Origin: Phoronis australis
Taxonomy: Eukaryota > Animalia > Phoronida
Length of the DNA: 64,000 nt
Assembly: GCA_002633005.1 (NCBI GenBank)
Contig: NMRA01000077.1
Location: 62,001 to 126,000 of the forward strand
Direction: 5' to 3'
Shown: positions 24,445 to 38,589 of the stretch, in pieces
Numbering within the stretch: the first letter of the stretch is position 1
Layout: each line of letters starts with the position of its first letter
The notes under the pieces: model-generated
Databases searched by the model: none
What the model saw: only the letters and a program-made list of their open reading frames with translations
What the model was told of the DNA's origin: nothing
Program-made: the position numbers and the translations under genes

Positions 24445-27400
24445 GTTACTATGGCCAAAAACTTAGTTAGGTACAATTGGGATCTCGTTTGCTTACAAGA
24501 GTTTGATGTGGCCGGAAAATATGATGTTCGTGTGCCGGTAAGTCACATTGCTTTGTCTCTATGTCGCATGTTTTTGATAAAAGGTGTTTATAAATGAAAT
24601 TAGAAATAGAATAGCTCCCCTTTTGAAGAGTAATTATTTTGGACAATCTTTAAAAAGGATTTATGTAATGTACCATAGTTTAATATTGAAAAATGCATGA
24701 ACATGATGAGAAACGGTCAGAATATCATTTTCTTCTTAGCTGTTCTTGGTCCCAGAAAACCTTAGAGAAAATGTTAGGTTTCCGGTGATATGTTACATCT
24801 GATGATAATGTAGTAACGTTCGCTAGATAAGTGTTTTGACTTTCAACAAGTGATAGCAAAACCTCTGAGTATTCATGTGTATTGATGTGGATGTAACCAA
24901 TAGGCTTGTAGCAGACTGATTGATGGATAAACCTCTTGAGTTTAAAGCGACAATAAACCAGCGTTCCGTCACACCTTTTGATTTAGATCATTTACCGCTA
25001 TAAAATCGGCCCCAACTGGTTTTTTGATCAGATAAGGAGGGATTTTTGGTCTTGCAAAGAACTAGCTGAGCGTTTCTGCTGAGACTATGCTCGACAAATA
25101 ACTTGACACGCCGTGACAACTCAACTTATAGAATCTTGCAGTTATCTCAAGCAATAACGAACTGCCAGCTCTTTCCAATCTCAGAAATCATAACAATTTT
25201 GTCCGAGGAATAATCAGAGATCAATTTCACAACGGTAAGTTATTTGAATAAAATATTGATGGAAGGCAGGTTTATAGCTGCTTTAAAAACATGGCGTAAG
25301 ATACCACCACTTAATGGATTTGTCACGTCTTCCTAGATACCAATTAAGTAATGCGCTGATTCGTATTTTTCAATAACAAAGGTTGCTGAAAGCGTATCAT
25401 AATTGATTGGTATAATTATCGTTGTTATCTTTAGATGCTACCTTCGTTATTGAAAGCATAAACAACTATATTGTGAAATCATTAATTCCGTTTTAATGAC
25501 AATAACGAAACAAGAAAAAATATGCTGGGATACGCAAGTCCTGGCCTCCCTCTGACGTCAAAAATTAAAAACGAGATAATCGGCCTGGCTGTTCAGTGCT
25601 ACCTACAGTCTTGAGCGACAATAGGGAAAATTAACGACGATGATGATTGTGATGATGAAGGTGGCGATGATGAACAACATCATAACATTCATACGACGAA
25701 CTTAGATGTCATAAATTAGTAAGAAATAAGCTACAGTTTGTTCAAATAAACTAAACCAACATCAATGCAGTAAGAGCTCTCAACAAAGGAACAGCGCTAT
25801 CAGAAAATCGCAAATGATTCAAAAAGTAGACGTTCTAGCGAAAAATGGAAAACATCTTCTGAAAGCCCGTTCCAAACTCTATCTACATTGATAGTTTCGC
25901 AACATTCCATAATTTTTTTCGAAAAAAATGAAATTTTGCGGGTTTTTTTGAAATTCAAAGTCAAATAACTCGAAAACGGTAAGTCTGAAAAAAAAACGTT
26001 ATTGCAGAACTTTTGAAAGAGTATACTTCAAGGAATCCACATGCAAAAATTCCCGTTAAAAATGCGACCGCAGAACGATTGAAAACGGGTGAAAATGCGT
26101 CAGAGCAGTCGGTTAAACAAAATTTTATAAAAGCAATCAATAGCAAGTAACAATGTCTTCTGCTTCATGAATGCCAGCAACAACGCCTGTGGAAATAGTT
26201 AAAGTCCGTCTTCGTTAAAAGTCGTCAAGACAGTGGTCAATCATTGAGCAGAGTGTATACTTCCCACAAACAATGGAGGCACTGAACAGTTCTCATAGGG
26301 ATTTGCCTATCAGAACACACGTCAATGGACTCTTCACCCTTTCTTCACTCTGTCAAAAACTGCATGCAAATAAAGAAAAGTTTTGAGTCATTTCACATCA
26401 TAAGCCCTACAGATGAGCACAGAAACTTTGTACTCTCTTTTGACCCTTTCACTCCCAGTGGAAACCAAGCTGAACTAAGAAAAATAAGGGCAAAAAAATG
26501 CAAAATCGGCACTTTTCACCCTAAAATCCCCACTTCCCTGCCGATGCTCGGCTAAAGCCAACATTAGATTTCGAAAGCAAATTCCCTACCGATTCCAAAA
26601 ATGTGGTACAAAAGTACTGTCAACTAACTAGTTTTTTTTTGAAAATCTGACTTAATTGAGGGCTACCTGAAATCGCGGCCAATTTCTCAGTTGCTACACA
26701 GCAATGCACAATTGCAACAGGGGGCCACCATCTTGAAGAGGAGTGCAGCTACAGCTGAGAAAGTGGCCTTTTTTTCATTTTTAGCATGTTCAAAAATACA
26801 AACAAACCGCATTCACTGAGCCTGCATGCAATGCCCACCTACAAAATGCCCCCAAAGTTGGCCTACCCCAAAATTTTAATATTTTAGCAGTGCAAATTGG
26901 CCGCGGCCGCAGCCTAACTATTCACCAATCCTCAAATGGGTAAACCCATCAGCGCCATCTTGAGGCTTGGGGATGAGGCTGCCAGCTGTTGTGTGCTTCG
27001 TGTCGCTGTTGTTATGAATTTTTGACGACGCTAAGCTTATGAAATGGATTATTTATAAGTGTCTTCATAACATTAAATGAAATGTATATGAAATATTTAA
27101 AATAAATTTGTATCACAATGGGTTGTTTTGTTTTTGTTAATTAACATTGAAGCGAGTCACCTCGAGCGAGATCGCGGTCTGCTGGCATAATTAAGTTTCA
27201 TCGACTTATGCTTCAGTTTATTCGTCAGTGCTTGTGGGAATCGGTTGTGGTTTCTCCATTTACACTTTTGGTGTGTATTTTTATAATATTTGGGGCGTGT
27301 TTTAATTTAATTTAAACGATCAGCTGTAGTGGTAAGCACGTGGACGGCGCTCTCTTGTTGTAACACTGAGTGGAAGCTGCAAATGTGGATTGAGCTACTT

Positions 27401-28014
27401 ACAAAGAACTTATCGTGGAAAGCATTTCGAGTCCTCCACTAAGGAGGAGCCGTTGGCTATTCCAAGCCCGTCACACTAACTTGAGCGCTTAAATGTGGGA
27501 TATTTTATAAATATTAACATCCAATGTATATCATATTTCAATTTGATTAAAATGCAAAAAAGTGAAAGCACAAACATGTGACTGTATCAGGTTTTTTGTT
27601 GGGCGATTTTAAAAAAATGGAATTGCTTGCGGGAAGGATGTTGAATTAAGAACACAATATGGCAGAGAAGTGGAGTTTCATTTTGCCAGATTTCTCAAGA
27701 AAAATAACTATTAGGAAAATTTTATTTCGTCAGAATGAGTTGTGCTGTCTACACATCTTTTCGCAAAACTCTCGGAATTTTGCAACGCAATCTTTACACT
27801 TAGGGTCGATATCATCTCGAAATTGGCAGTCAGCCTAAAAGTTTCTGACGCTCATCTTAAAGTTCTCAACATTATTGTTTAGTGTTTTGAACAACACGCA
27901 GTCCGGACTGGCCGGAAGCTGACTGGCCAAAGGGAACCTCTGGTCGCAGAAGGCGAAGGTCCTTACTATATTCTCCCAGATGTTCTGTTGTGCCGAGCAC
28001 AATATCTCATCCTG

Positions 28015-28342
28015 GTAGCGTGGCCGGGGACTTGGTCTACAAAACACGTTGGAGTGGGCAGTGCTCCCGGAGGATGAGCCAGTTGGATGGAAGCAGACCA
28101 GAGCGGATCCTAATCAACACAGCCATCGAGTCAGTGGCAAAGATGATGGTCGTCGCAACAGGACGCAGCTCAGAGAGGCACAGGAGGGCTCGAACTCCAT
28201 ACGTGTGCTGCTCGTGTAGACGTCTTGGCAGCCGAATCCTTCCTTGTCAGGTCATTCTGGCGGATCAGGTATCCCTAGCCAGCTCGGTTGGTACTCTGAC
28301 AGAAGAAGCCGTCAGTGGCCACTATCAAAGCATTATCTCCAC
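28015..28342 (-). pseudogene. RNase H domain fragment of a non-LTR retrotransposon
   Basis: Across frameshifts: LIVATDG, YTSSTRME, IIFATDSMAVL, VPGHA, which are the ordered D/E/D/H motifs of type I RNase H. Confidence 0.75.
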
Positions 28343-28639
28343 CTAGCTCCCAAAACATTTGGCGACACATCGCTTCGGCGGCACTCTCAAGCTAGGTTCT
28401 ACATGTAAACTCTCTGGTGACGACTGCAACACCTGCTGGCTCTTCTCTGTGGGAGGACGTGTGTGCAAGTTCCTGAGAGGTGGTCTTGCTTGTGTGATAA
28501 TCTCTTCAAGTCCTTTTAGGGTGACCCTTAGCTTGGATTGCATTCATTGCGATTTAAGACGCCACTTATAAGCAAATCGGCATCGGTCCAACCTAGTACA
28601 CACAAGGATAGGGCTTCAGTGGTAGTGGCTGACTCGTGT

Positions 28640-29370
28640 TTTCTGTATTCAAAAATTTTATCTCATTGAGGCGCACGAGTTGGAGAGTACCAACAGGTCG
28701 TTTAGGCGTGGCATTCCAATAACACGCTGCAGATTTGCAAGCATTCTTCACCTTTTCTAGAACCAGTAAAGGTCTTCTGACGTCACTGCATACACCAGAA
28801 TGTCCTCTCTTGCTCTTACACAGACGGTCGACTTTATCATGGATACATGGAGACTGTATACCTTGGTGCTCTTGCTGCCAACCCGAACAATTGTTTTCAT
28901 AGATGGAAAGAACTCTGCTTTCACGTACTATAACTGACAGTCATTGTCAATCTTGTGGTATAAAACATTTCTGCAGAAGGACTCGTTCGCAAACTTCTTC
29001 TGCCGATCACACTTCCCAGTAGACTCTGGAGGGTTCTTGTGAAACGAAAATGTAGTTTCCGATGTCTTCTTTCTTAAAATGTGGCAACAAGTCCTCGCTA
29101 ACATAGACCAACCCATCCTTAAAGGACTCTGTTGTTGGAAGATGTGTGGCTTCAGTATCACTGTCAGAGTCTGGATCAGAGTTTGCGTCGTCGCATGACA
29201 ATTATCTCAGAACCCGCGCTATCAGTGTTTCTCTCTTGCCACATTTCTTCCGTCGTCGCTTAACTAGCCACCGTAGGAGGCCGTCGACGTCTTTAATTCC
29301 TTCCAACTCTAGCATATACTCCCGTAATCTAACTTTTCCCTCCAGCAGTACTTCGTTCAATTGCCCAAAT
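28640..29370 (-). pseudogene. Decayed SAP-like plus SWIM-like zinc-finger gene, probably a DNA-transposon accessory ORF
   Basis: Seen: LLRWLVKRRRKKCGKRETLIARV (SAP-like); YVKAEFFPSMK; C..RGHSGVCSDV..LL; ACKSAACYW..P...LNEIKF. Similarity to ISL2EU/Harbinger-associated SWIM-exonuclease ORFs is inference. Confidence 0.55.
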
Positions 29371-29545
29371 CGGCAACTTACTATTTTTATACTGCGCTCG
29401 CTTATTTTTATCACGCTCGACAGGAGCGTGCGCAGTGTTAAAAATGGCATTTGGGCAACTGAAGGAAGGACTGCTAGAGGAAAAAGTTTGATTACGGGGG
29501 TATTTAGTCGAGTTGGAAGGAATTAAAGACATCGATGGCCTCCTA
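29274..29545. repeat. 97-bp diverged inverted duplication
   Basis: 29274-29370 is the reverse complement of 29449-29545 with scattered mismatches; spacer 78 nt. Confidence 0.9.
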
Positions 29546-30324
29546 ATGTGTCCTTTTATGCGCAAAAGGTATTATAACAAAGTGGCTTTGATGCTTTAAT
29601 CCGTGTGAGGCACAATTTGCCGAAAATCTTCCGGCGTATAAAGCTCCTATGGGAACATCACCGTCCCTACAAGAGACGGCGGTCACTGTCTAGCGAGCAA
29701 CATGCTTCATTCAAAGCAATTCGCCGATTGACGAACACACTAAATTAACACGGATAATTGTTTTCGTTAACTAAACCTTTGTGAACAAAAAATCTGTTAA
29801 ATTCTTCCACAGGGCTTGAAGAGAAGTAAAATGACAATTATATATAAGAAATTTAAAACATTAATTCGTCGATATTTGCAGCACGGGCAACATCGGCCAG
29901 GGCTGCGGCGGCCTACGGCAGTTTTAAATTTAAGAATACTGAATGGAACTTTTTGACTTCGTGAAGACTGGCAGGGACAGGGTAGCCTACTAAATACATT
30001 TAGTTTCGACCCGGCCGTTAGCATGTGTTCCGGTAGGTGAAGTTGAGGCACAGCGGCCCTAAATGAAATGATGCGACCTTGACATGGATTTGATGAACGT
30101 ATCGTGGTTGATAATTCATCAATATTCCTATTTCATATTCTTTAAAATGCAATACGTACTTATTTTCCGTATTCGTTAGACAAGCGGGCAGTTTTGCATG
30201 CGCATGAAATCCGGGCGTTGTTCTGGATATAGGTAAACCACTCAGTGCATCTAATAACTGAAGAATCGTTATTTTTGCGTGGAAAAGTATAAATGTTACG
30301 CCTGAGTCCGACATTTTAGATATT

Positions 30325-30402
30325 TTCGGAGTAGTGAACCTTTGAAGTAGTGAACCTTCGGAATAGTGAACCTTCAGAGTAGGGAACGTTCGGAATAGTG
30401 GG
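30325..30402 (+). repeat. 15-bp tandem repeat (ttcggaatagtgaac-like), about 5 copies
   Basis: Read directly from the sequence. Confidence 0.85.
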
Positions 30403-32116
30403 CTCTTCCCATTTCCAGCAATATAAGCAATTTTTAAAGGTAGCACGCAAAATACAACCAGATAAAAAAATCAAGTCATTCTCTGACTAAATATTTCCGT
30501 CCGAGTATGTAATGTGATGTAATCACTCATTTACGAATTCCGTCTCATCTCAGGAACATAGAACTGAGAGTCGTCGTTGCCATGGATACAGATTTCCCTT
30601 CCCTTAATTAACCTGGGTGTCTACGTTTGAAAAATATCAAAGGTCCGCCGTTCTAGGAATTCGAACCACCATCCCGCTCAATGCTGACTACGGGCCTTCT
30701 GAATGAATCAATAAAGAACGAAGGAAAGATGTACAAGAGAGTACATTGCAGGATAAACTGGGTGTGTCTCAACCGTATTGTACAACAAGATAAGACATGA
30801 CAGCTCGTGGCTCATGTGGCCTCATATTGTAGTGTGTGGAAGCGTGGACGTAGCCGGATAGGGGACCTTGGTATATTAAATTCAAAATATTGACAAATAG
30901 AGAAAGATAAAACAAAAATACTCTGACCGTTATAAGCAGGACTTTTAAATTATGAACTTAAGAGGATTTCCATTTTAATTTCAAATTGTCTGGAAAGTGA
31001 TATCGCTGGAAATAGTGCGAAAAAAGGAAGCGCTTTGGTACTCATTTATGACAATCTACTGAGCGGTTTTACAGTTAGAGCATTGTAGCCTTCCATCTTG
31101 CACGGTCCATAACGAAAAGTAGGTGAAAGTTGAGATGATACAAAGAAGTGAGATAAAACGTGAAGAAACACTGGAAAAATTACTGAAAATCCTGAGAAAA
31201 AAGTAAAGTTCTCGCAGACAACGAGGTAGGTGGTGAAATGACCTAGACCATGCTATACTGAACAAAATAAATACGAATGTCCAATCAGATGTCGAGTAGA
31301 GAGGTGTAAGAATAGAAAAAGTAGAACCTGGCCGGAGGACATAAAGAGAATTGAGTAATGCAAAATAAACCCTAAGGATTGATATAAAATTAAAAATGAA
31401 AAATACTAAAATAATGACGATCAATGCATTTAACAATTATAATTTAATGTATCCCGATCGATCCTATCGTTGTGGTCACCAATATTTCAGTTTCCGCCTC
31501 CTCTAGCTTGGCATTGTTTCTACTTTTCCCCAGTGCTTCAAGAGACACTATGGATGATCAGTCTTGTAACGTGCTTAACAGAACGACGTAACATTTGGAC
31601 ATTGAGACTGGTTGTAAACTAACATCCAATCACTGCGACTTGGTGATGTTGAGAAGTACATTAGCGTACTGCGCCATTTATTAAGAAATGCCTTTCTGAC
31701 TTACGATTGCTGCAACCACTGGAAGAAGCTTATAATCGATGGATTTCACACAACTTGGGATTCTTTGGTACACGTAAGATAACAAGGCATCAAACAAAAC
31801 AACACACACTTTCCTACACATTCCCGCACCATATATATACGACGAAAGTACAAACCAATACAAGCGCACTGATGCCCACACAGGAAATAGGCGCGTCTTG
31901 AAGTAACAGTGTACTGCACGTATTCTAAGGTAATCACTTACAATGCAACACTTGTGTCATGCACTACTGCTTCTTCACATGCAAGTGAATTACTTGTCAC
32001 TATCCCATATTCCATCTATTTTTAATTCATCATTGTAATGCAGGCACAGTTGTATTATTGCAATACGGAAACAAAAGAAATTCATAAAATGACAAATATC
32101 AGGATGTGCACCGTAT

Positions 32117-32181
32117 TGTTATTCCCTTGTTTTAACAAAGGAATAACAGCTACCCGCTGATTAGAATCAGCGGGTAGCTGT
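32117..32181. repeat. Two abutting hairpins
   Basis: tgttattcccttgtt/aacaaaggaataaca (15 bp, 1 mismatch) and acagctacccgctgatt/aatcagcgggtagctgt (17 bp, perfect). Confidence 0.9.
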
Positions 32182-35100
32182 CACGCGTTGCTACAAATCA
32201 CATTCGGCGGATTGTAATTTTCCCCTGGTATTGTCTACGCTTTCGACAACTACTACATGATCGGAGAAGTCGATTTGGTCGACTTCGGCATAGTAAGATT
32301 CTCTTGATTGAATAATGCATTTTTGCTGTCGAATCACATCTACTCCTGTCCGTTCACTACCGACACGAAAACAACCTCTCTTTGAATCATCAATGGCCTC
32401 TTCAAAAATAGTTTCAATAAGCCTTTTGGGAGCCACAAAATCCGTCGTCATGCCTTATTTCCGTTGTAGTTAACTCTGTCACTGGGTGAGTGTAATTTTA
32501 TTCTGAAAAGTCATATGTGAGAATAAGAAAGAAAATCAGCTCTCCTCGATACACCAAAACTAAAGACTGTCAACTTTAAATCTGAAAATGGTGACGAGGG
32601 TGCAGTTATGGAACACAGTTTCGAGTATGCTGTGTTCTCTCTCATTTCAGTTCTCATAACTGTGTTCAATGGCCAAGACGCCTGCTGATTTTCTGCACCT
32701 GAGTCCCGTTACATCGCAGATTTGCCTTTGAAATGGCCAATGTCACGGTTTCCACAAACAGGAAATGTAAAGTTATACAGCAACCAGCCGGTGACTGCAC
32801 AAATTGTTCACGTTGTTGAGTTGTTCATAGGGTCACACTTTGGGTTTCACTAAATGTTCGTGCACTTTTTTTACAAAAATCGGCTCGTAAGCGAGATTTT
32901 TACATGAATCGGCGTGGAACCCCCGGGCAAGTGTCTAAAAGGCCTTGTGGCTAACACGTACGGATCAGAACGCACGAACCCGTCGCAGGATATCTTGACG
33001 AAACGGAATGGAGATAGGAGGAAACGCTCAGGCCGTTTTGATAACGGATTTGTTTTGAAAGGCTCGTACAAAACTTCAAATGTTCTTAGTCGGTTAACAA
33101 TTGGTTTTCGTGTTTTCGATAGCGTGCTGTAGTGGAAACTACCTTGATGTGACATTGCCATTGCTTTTTATGACGCCCACGAATGCGTGTGTCCATATGT
33201 CATCTCGTAGTGTCCGGACGTCTGTTCTCCGTTGCTGTTTGTCCTACACCCCGCCCTACCCTTTATCACAGCGCCACCTAGCTATATGGAAATGATGTGG
33301 CACTGTGATGACGAAGAACACACGGAATTCTGTGTGTGGCGTCAGCGCGGATAAAACGTTTTCAGTTTCAGTGCGTTGGGAGCGCGAAACTGACGAATGA
33401 CACAAGAAAAGTGTAAGTCCGTGTTGATTCATGTTCGTTTTTACGCTACATAATCGATCCTTGCAGACCAATTGTTGATAATATTACAACGGGTAGTTCA
33501 CCAGAGAGATTCGACGTTTGGTTTACCGGACGTTATACCTACTAAAAATGCGTACATCCTGGCTCTAAAAGCCAGCTGACAGCACATGAAATTGTCTTTG
33601 TGTGATTATGAGATACACCAAGGGATTCAAACACCATCATTGACAGTGAGTGTGAACCCGGTGAACTAAGTTACGCATTGTAAGCCTCCGACTTATTTTC
33701 CGGCCATACTGTTGTACATTTTACCCATTTCCTCATGTTCAAAGTACTTGTCTGCTGTTAATACTTTTCCGTTAAAGGGATTTCACTTTTCTAGTAGCTA
33801 TCATGGTTCCACAGAAAAACAATTGACATTTAAAAACATAATTCAAATGTGCAACCGTGCAAATACAGGAGGAAAGTTGCCGTAAACAAATCTGTCACTG
33901 AATTATTCATTAACGGATTGAATCAATTGTGCCAATTCTGAGAATACGTGGTACCCCAGAGATGCACAACTCTCAAGCGCCATGGTTTGCGCATTAACCT
34001 CTCTCCCTAAGTGGAAAAAGGGGAAATGAACTACTGCTGATGTCCCGGGAGTGACGTGCTTTTAGGACAATGACACGAATAATTGTACCAGCTTCGATTA
34101 CACTTCTTAAGTTTAATAAGCGTCATTTATGCGTATTATTACGCGTCCTCGTCCATAAGGAATTGCATTTCTGTTTTGTCTTAATTGTTTTTAAATGAAT
34201 TTTATTCGAGAAATGTTTTAATACCGAAACGAGCATAATACATGAATTAAACCCTGCGAGCGTTCCATAGATCTAGTTTTTTTGCGAGAAAAACAAATTT
34301 TCCCTAGACTTCGCAAAATCACTCAAAGTGGCGAAAAGCGAGTATTTCGTGAGTATACTTAGCAGCTTACTAACCTCAACTTCTCCACAGAACCTTTAGA
34401 TTGGTTGCGTTGTGTTATAGTGCATTTTCCCAAGGATCATAGTTCCAACCAAACACCCCCCCCCCCCCCCNCAGAGCCTTTCTAAGACATCCGTTGCAAC
34501 TACTGAGGTTCGCTGTGCATAATCGAAGCAGACTGGTTGGCTCGGGATTCTTTCACGGATTTCATATTCAGGGATCACTTTACCCGGATTGCTGATTTTT
34601 GTGCATTTTGAGTCTTTTGAGCAAAACGTTTTCTGTGTTTCATTCTTGTGGTGATGAATACGTAATACAGCTGAGAAATTGGTCTGGACATTTTGTCTTT
34701 TCGGAAAGTTTTTTCGAAACTGCAAATTTGAATCACTGAGGGGCCTCTTTAATAGTTGGGCAATGTGAAATGTCTCACAAAATTCTGATTGCCAAACACC
34801 CTAACGTTGACTCAAAGTTAAAAACAAAGCCCGTGATATCGTTAATTTGTTTCTAGAAATTCTGCATCCATAGGCTTCACATTGGCGTGAACTATATTTT
34901 GATGTTGGCTACAATTATGGTTTAGGTTGAGGACAAGATGAACTATGGTTGGATTACGACTTAAGATTAGGCCTAGGCGCTAACATAGCAAGAGGGCGCA
35001 CAACGGGGCTACCCCTCCCCCTAACTGTTCATTGCAAAGACCCTTCCTCTGGCAGAAACAAAATTCAGTTTTTCGTTTGGTTTAGTTATCGGCTGCGATT

Positions 35101-35457
35101 CCAAGCTGCACATGAAAACACAAACTATCTGTGGTGAAGTAACACCTGGAAAAGGGATGGTCAAGACAATATGTCTTATGCCATCTGGAATATTGTTTAG
35201 AAATAAAGTAAATCATGACGGTCAAAATGCTTGGTTAAACAATCACCAAAACTAGAACAATTGCATTTAATTTTTAACGTTATTTATCGACCGCTAAGGT
35301 TAGGAGAATTGACGCTACTTCTGTTATTTTAAAAACAACGCCGAGTAATTTTTACTGAACTCTCAACAAATGGGTGGCTTTTTGAGTCCACTGCCTCAAT
35401 GAATGCATTACTCCAGTACTAGATTATCCATCACGTTAAAGTAGAGGGCCAATTTGG

Positions 35458-35545
35458 GACACCTCGGGTATTTTCGTACTTGCAAATTTCCCCTCGGAGC
35501 ATAGGGAACACCTCGGGTATTTTTGAAGCCTCAAATTTCCCCTGC
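35458..35545 (+). repeat. About 50-bp direct repeat, 2 copies
   Basis: acacctcgggtatttt...caaatttcccct occurs twice. Confidence 0.75.
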
Positions 35546-37612
35546 GACTGCGCGACTTCTGCAATATGGCAAGTTAAAGTGACTTTCAATTTTGACTGAC
35601 GTTCACACACGTGCACACTTCTTAGGGATATTGAGGCTTCCAAAATACTTGAGTTATTCCAGATGCCCCAGCTTGAATGCGAATGTTTTCTGAGCATTCG
35701 CGAACTTCGGTCATTACGGCTAATCAGTCTTCAAATTGAAAGTCAGATGACTCGCCGCATGCCTGAATCAGCACATACGTAGGTTTCATTTACTGTGTCA
35801 ACCGGGAGGACTGAGGAAAAGCTCAAATTAGCATGCCCCGAAGAATAATGAAAGCTTTGGGTCCGGGAAATTTTAATCGGGTGCCAGTCTTTCTCAATTC
35901 GGCTGATGTCACAAAGTGAAGGTCTCAACAGTCCGAGTAAAACACTAGAGTCATTTCCATTATTGTTTATAATGTTTTTTCTAGTAACAAGTCTCTGCCT
36001 TTCATCAACAGCTGGAGGAAGAACTACTAGATCTGATTCAGCGCAATAGAGATGCAGTCTGCTTGTGACTGTCCAGCTGCATCGTAGTCATGGGCAAGAA
36101 TTGATATCGCATTACGGTCAGAGTTTGCGCTTTTAGACAATTGGCAACTGTTGATGATTCCTATAACTTACGTTGTGCAGATACTTGGTCATGCCTGTTC
36201 GATTCTCGGTTGGGAATTTTGTTTGACTAAACCTAAAACTTTTGTAAGCAGCGGCTGCTACTAGAGGAGATGTTCTCAGTTTATAAAAATGCGTTCAAAA
36301 CAGTGAAAGTGAAGAATGCCAAGTGCACAATGCCAAGCCAGTGTCAATTCATGTTTATTTTACAATAAATAATTGATAATTACATTCCTTGCAGCTCAAT
36401 TTGTAGATAATATTACAATTTAGACGGTTAGCTCATCAAACAGGTTCGGCATTCGAGTGGCTGATTTTGACGTTATCGCTGATATTGGTCAATAAAAGCC
36501 CTTGTTTGCACCCTGTCTCAAGACACGTGAAAAAGGTATAACTTACAGAAAGCACACTCGTTCGGGTTTCTCAAAGATGGAAAAATCAATAAATGGCGTT
36601 TATTTTTTCATTTACAAAACGAATTGGCCGAGGTCTTGATTTTGGCGACCCCGTTTTTGGTCTAAATAGGCCTTACTTATTTTTTTCCAGGCACCCTCCT
36701 GTACCTAATGTCACTTATATGACAGCCGCGACTTACCCAACGCCAAACTTCGGAAATACATTTTTAAGAGAAAACACAATCACGTGACCATAAACAGTAA
36801 GTCGTTATTTTTGTGCGCACAGTAGGTTCCCAGTGTGATCATCAAAGACTAGAAAAACATACGGTTTCATGGGTTGTATTTTAAAATAGGCTTAAAGAAA
36901 TGTGATCATTGGTGGCGAAAGTATCCAATTGCCTTAAATCACTTTTATGAAAGAACCCAGATGAATGCAAACCTGCATCAAGGTATCGCAGTTCTTACCA
37001 TCATGGTACTGCATAAAAAGCAATTTCATTTCAAAAACGAAAATGTTCCCTGACTATAAATACACGTCATTTACGGGGACTTTGGGGCATGCAGCGTGTT
37101 GGGTCGTGGCTTGCGATCGCATTAGAATAACCAAATGACGTTTGTCGATTGTTTTGCTTTAAAAACGTTAACTGCTAAGTATCAAAACGTTTATCTTTGT
37201 AAAATTATTAACAATTGTTGCTTTATACATTCCGAGCATCTCCCACAAGTTTTTTTTCACAATCCTCTGCAACGTTTTGGGTAAAAACTGGTACCTGTCT
37301 TAGCAAACGAGTGCAACGTACGATTGAAACCTCAGACATAACCTCCGTCCTTGAATTATTTTGCAAATGTGATCTTGTAATAAAACAAATATTGATTATC
37401 ACATTTTTGGGGTCTGAAAACCAATATATTGACCTCCGTGAAATAATCGGATGATATTGCTATCGTGACACATACATGCCTTCCGATGCGTAATCAATCT
37501 TTGCGTTAACGGTATGTTGCGCCGAACAGAAAGTCTATACAAAACAAATTGCTCGTGATCCATGCGTAAGAGGCGATGCGTTATTGGAACGAAAACGCGT
37601 TGTCTGATCGCA

Positions 37613-38238
37613 TATGAAGCGCCAAAGGGTTCTTAAATGAATGCCTTTCTGCACGTTGAAATGTGCTTATGCAACGCGTACTTTGCGTTTAGTTATTCAA
37701 CGCGTTGAATTAAATCTTAAACGATCATCGTTCTGCTCTTTTTCAACCCGCAATTTTGCTTAATTAACGCGTAGTACTACTTTAACGCGCTGAGTTAACT
37801 ATTTGTTACGTCCAGTCAAAGACAAGTTTACGGTCAGTACGAAGGTTAACGGCGCCGTCAGTTACGTGCTTACTTGAACAATCTTCGAAACTGATGCGTG
37901 TTCAGTAACGCTAGGACCCACGCTAGGACACAGCTAAAATCTAGACAAAGTTACAAGTTTTCATTCAAATTACTCGGCAACATCTCACGTAATCTCGTGA
38001 AGTCTTGCTTTTTAGAGAGGTCCTAGCGTTACTGAACGGGAGGCTGGCCTTGCCTGCTTGTAGAAAATCTTCTGCAATTCGAGATTTTAGAGCACGGGCG
38101 TGATTGGACTATGAAAACTGATTAAAAGTATGCGTTGCATAAGTAATACTACACGTTTATTAAGCAAAAGTAAGTGCTTAATAAGCACATACCATCGCTC
38201 AGAAAGGAACTCGTTTAGGAACCTTTTGCCGCTTCATA
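37613..38238. mobile_element. MITE with long diverged TIRs, containing a nested MITE
   Basis: Outer TIR tatgaagcg.caaa.ggttc.taaa.ga.t.cctttctg...atgtgcttat, about 58 bp. Confidence 0.65.
37900..38037. mobile_element. Small MITE with a perfect 19-bp TIR
   Basis: gttcagtaacgctaggacc / ggtcctagcgttactgaac. Confidence 0.75.
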
Positions 38239-38589
38239 ATCGTAGGCTTTACGCATGAATGTGTCTTTAGCCTAAAGGTAGCGCTCTTTGTCTGATTGCC
38301 TTATGTTTTGATCACTGCTTCACTTACTTGTAATGGTTCAACATTCATGTCTCGTGCATGATGACGACTTGGAAAAGAGAATGAAGTGACACAACAAACT
38401 CCCACATTGTATTGTAGAAGATACCATCGTCCTGACCAGTGATCAAGTTTATTTCCACCTCCTGAATGCTTTATAGGTGATGCCAGCCATTTAAATTGTC
38501 TATTTTCTATCGCAACCTGTATGACAGGTGCTCATAATGTTACAATGCACCCCTATGCTGCCACCAACAGGATTACTATGTATTATATA

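Noticed and set aside
27835-28047. LPASPD as the YqaJ exonuclease motif (LGASPDG)
   Set aside because: No following EIKCP or QxQ motifs and the context does not fit, so no exonuclease was called.
31056-31436. Hydrophobic 126-aa minus-strand ORF
   Set aside because: It is the complement of an A-rich tract, possibly a decayed LINE 3' end; no recognisable motifs.
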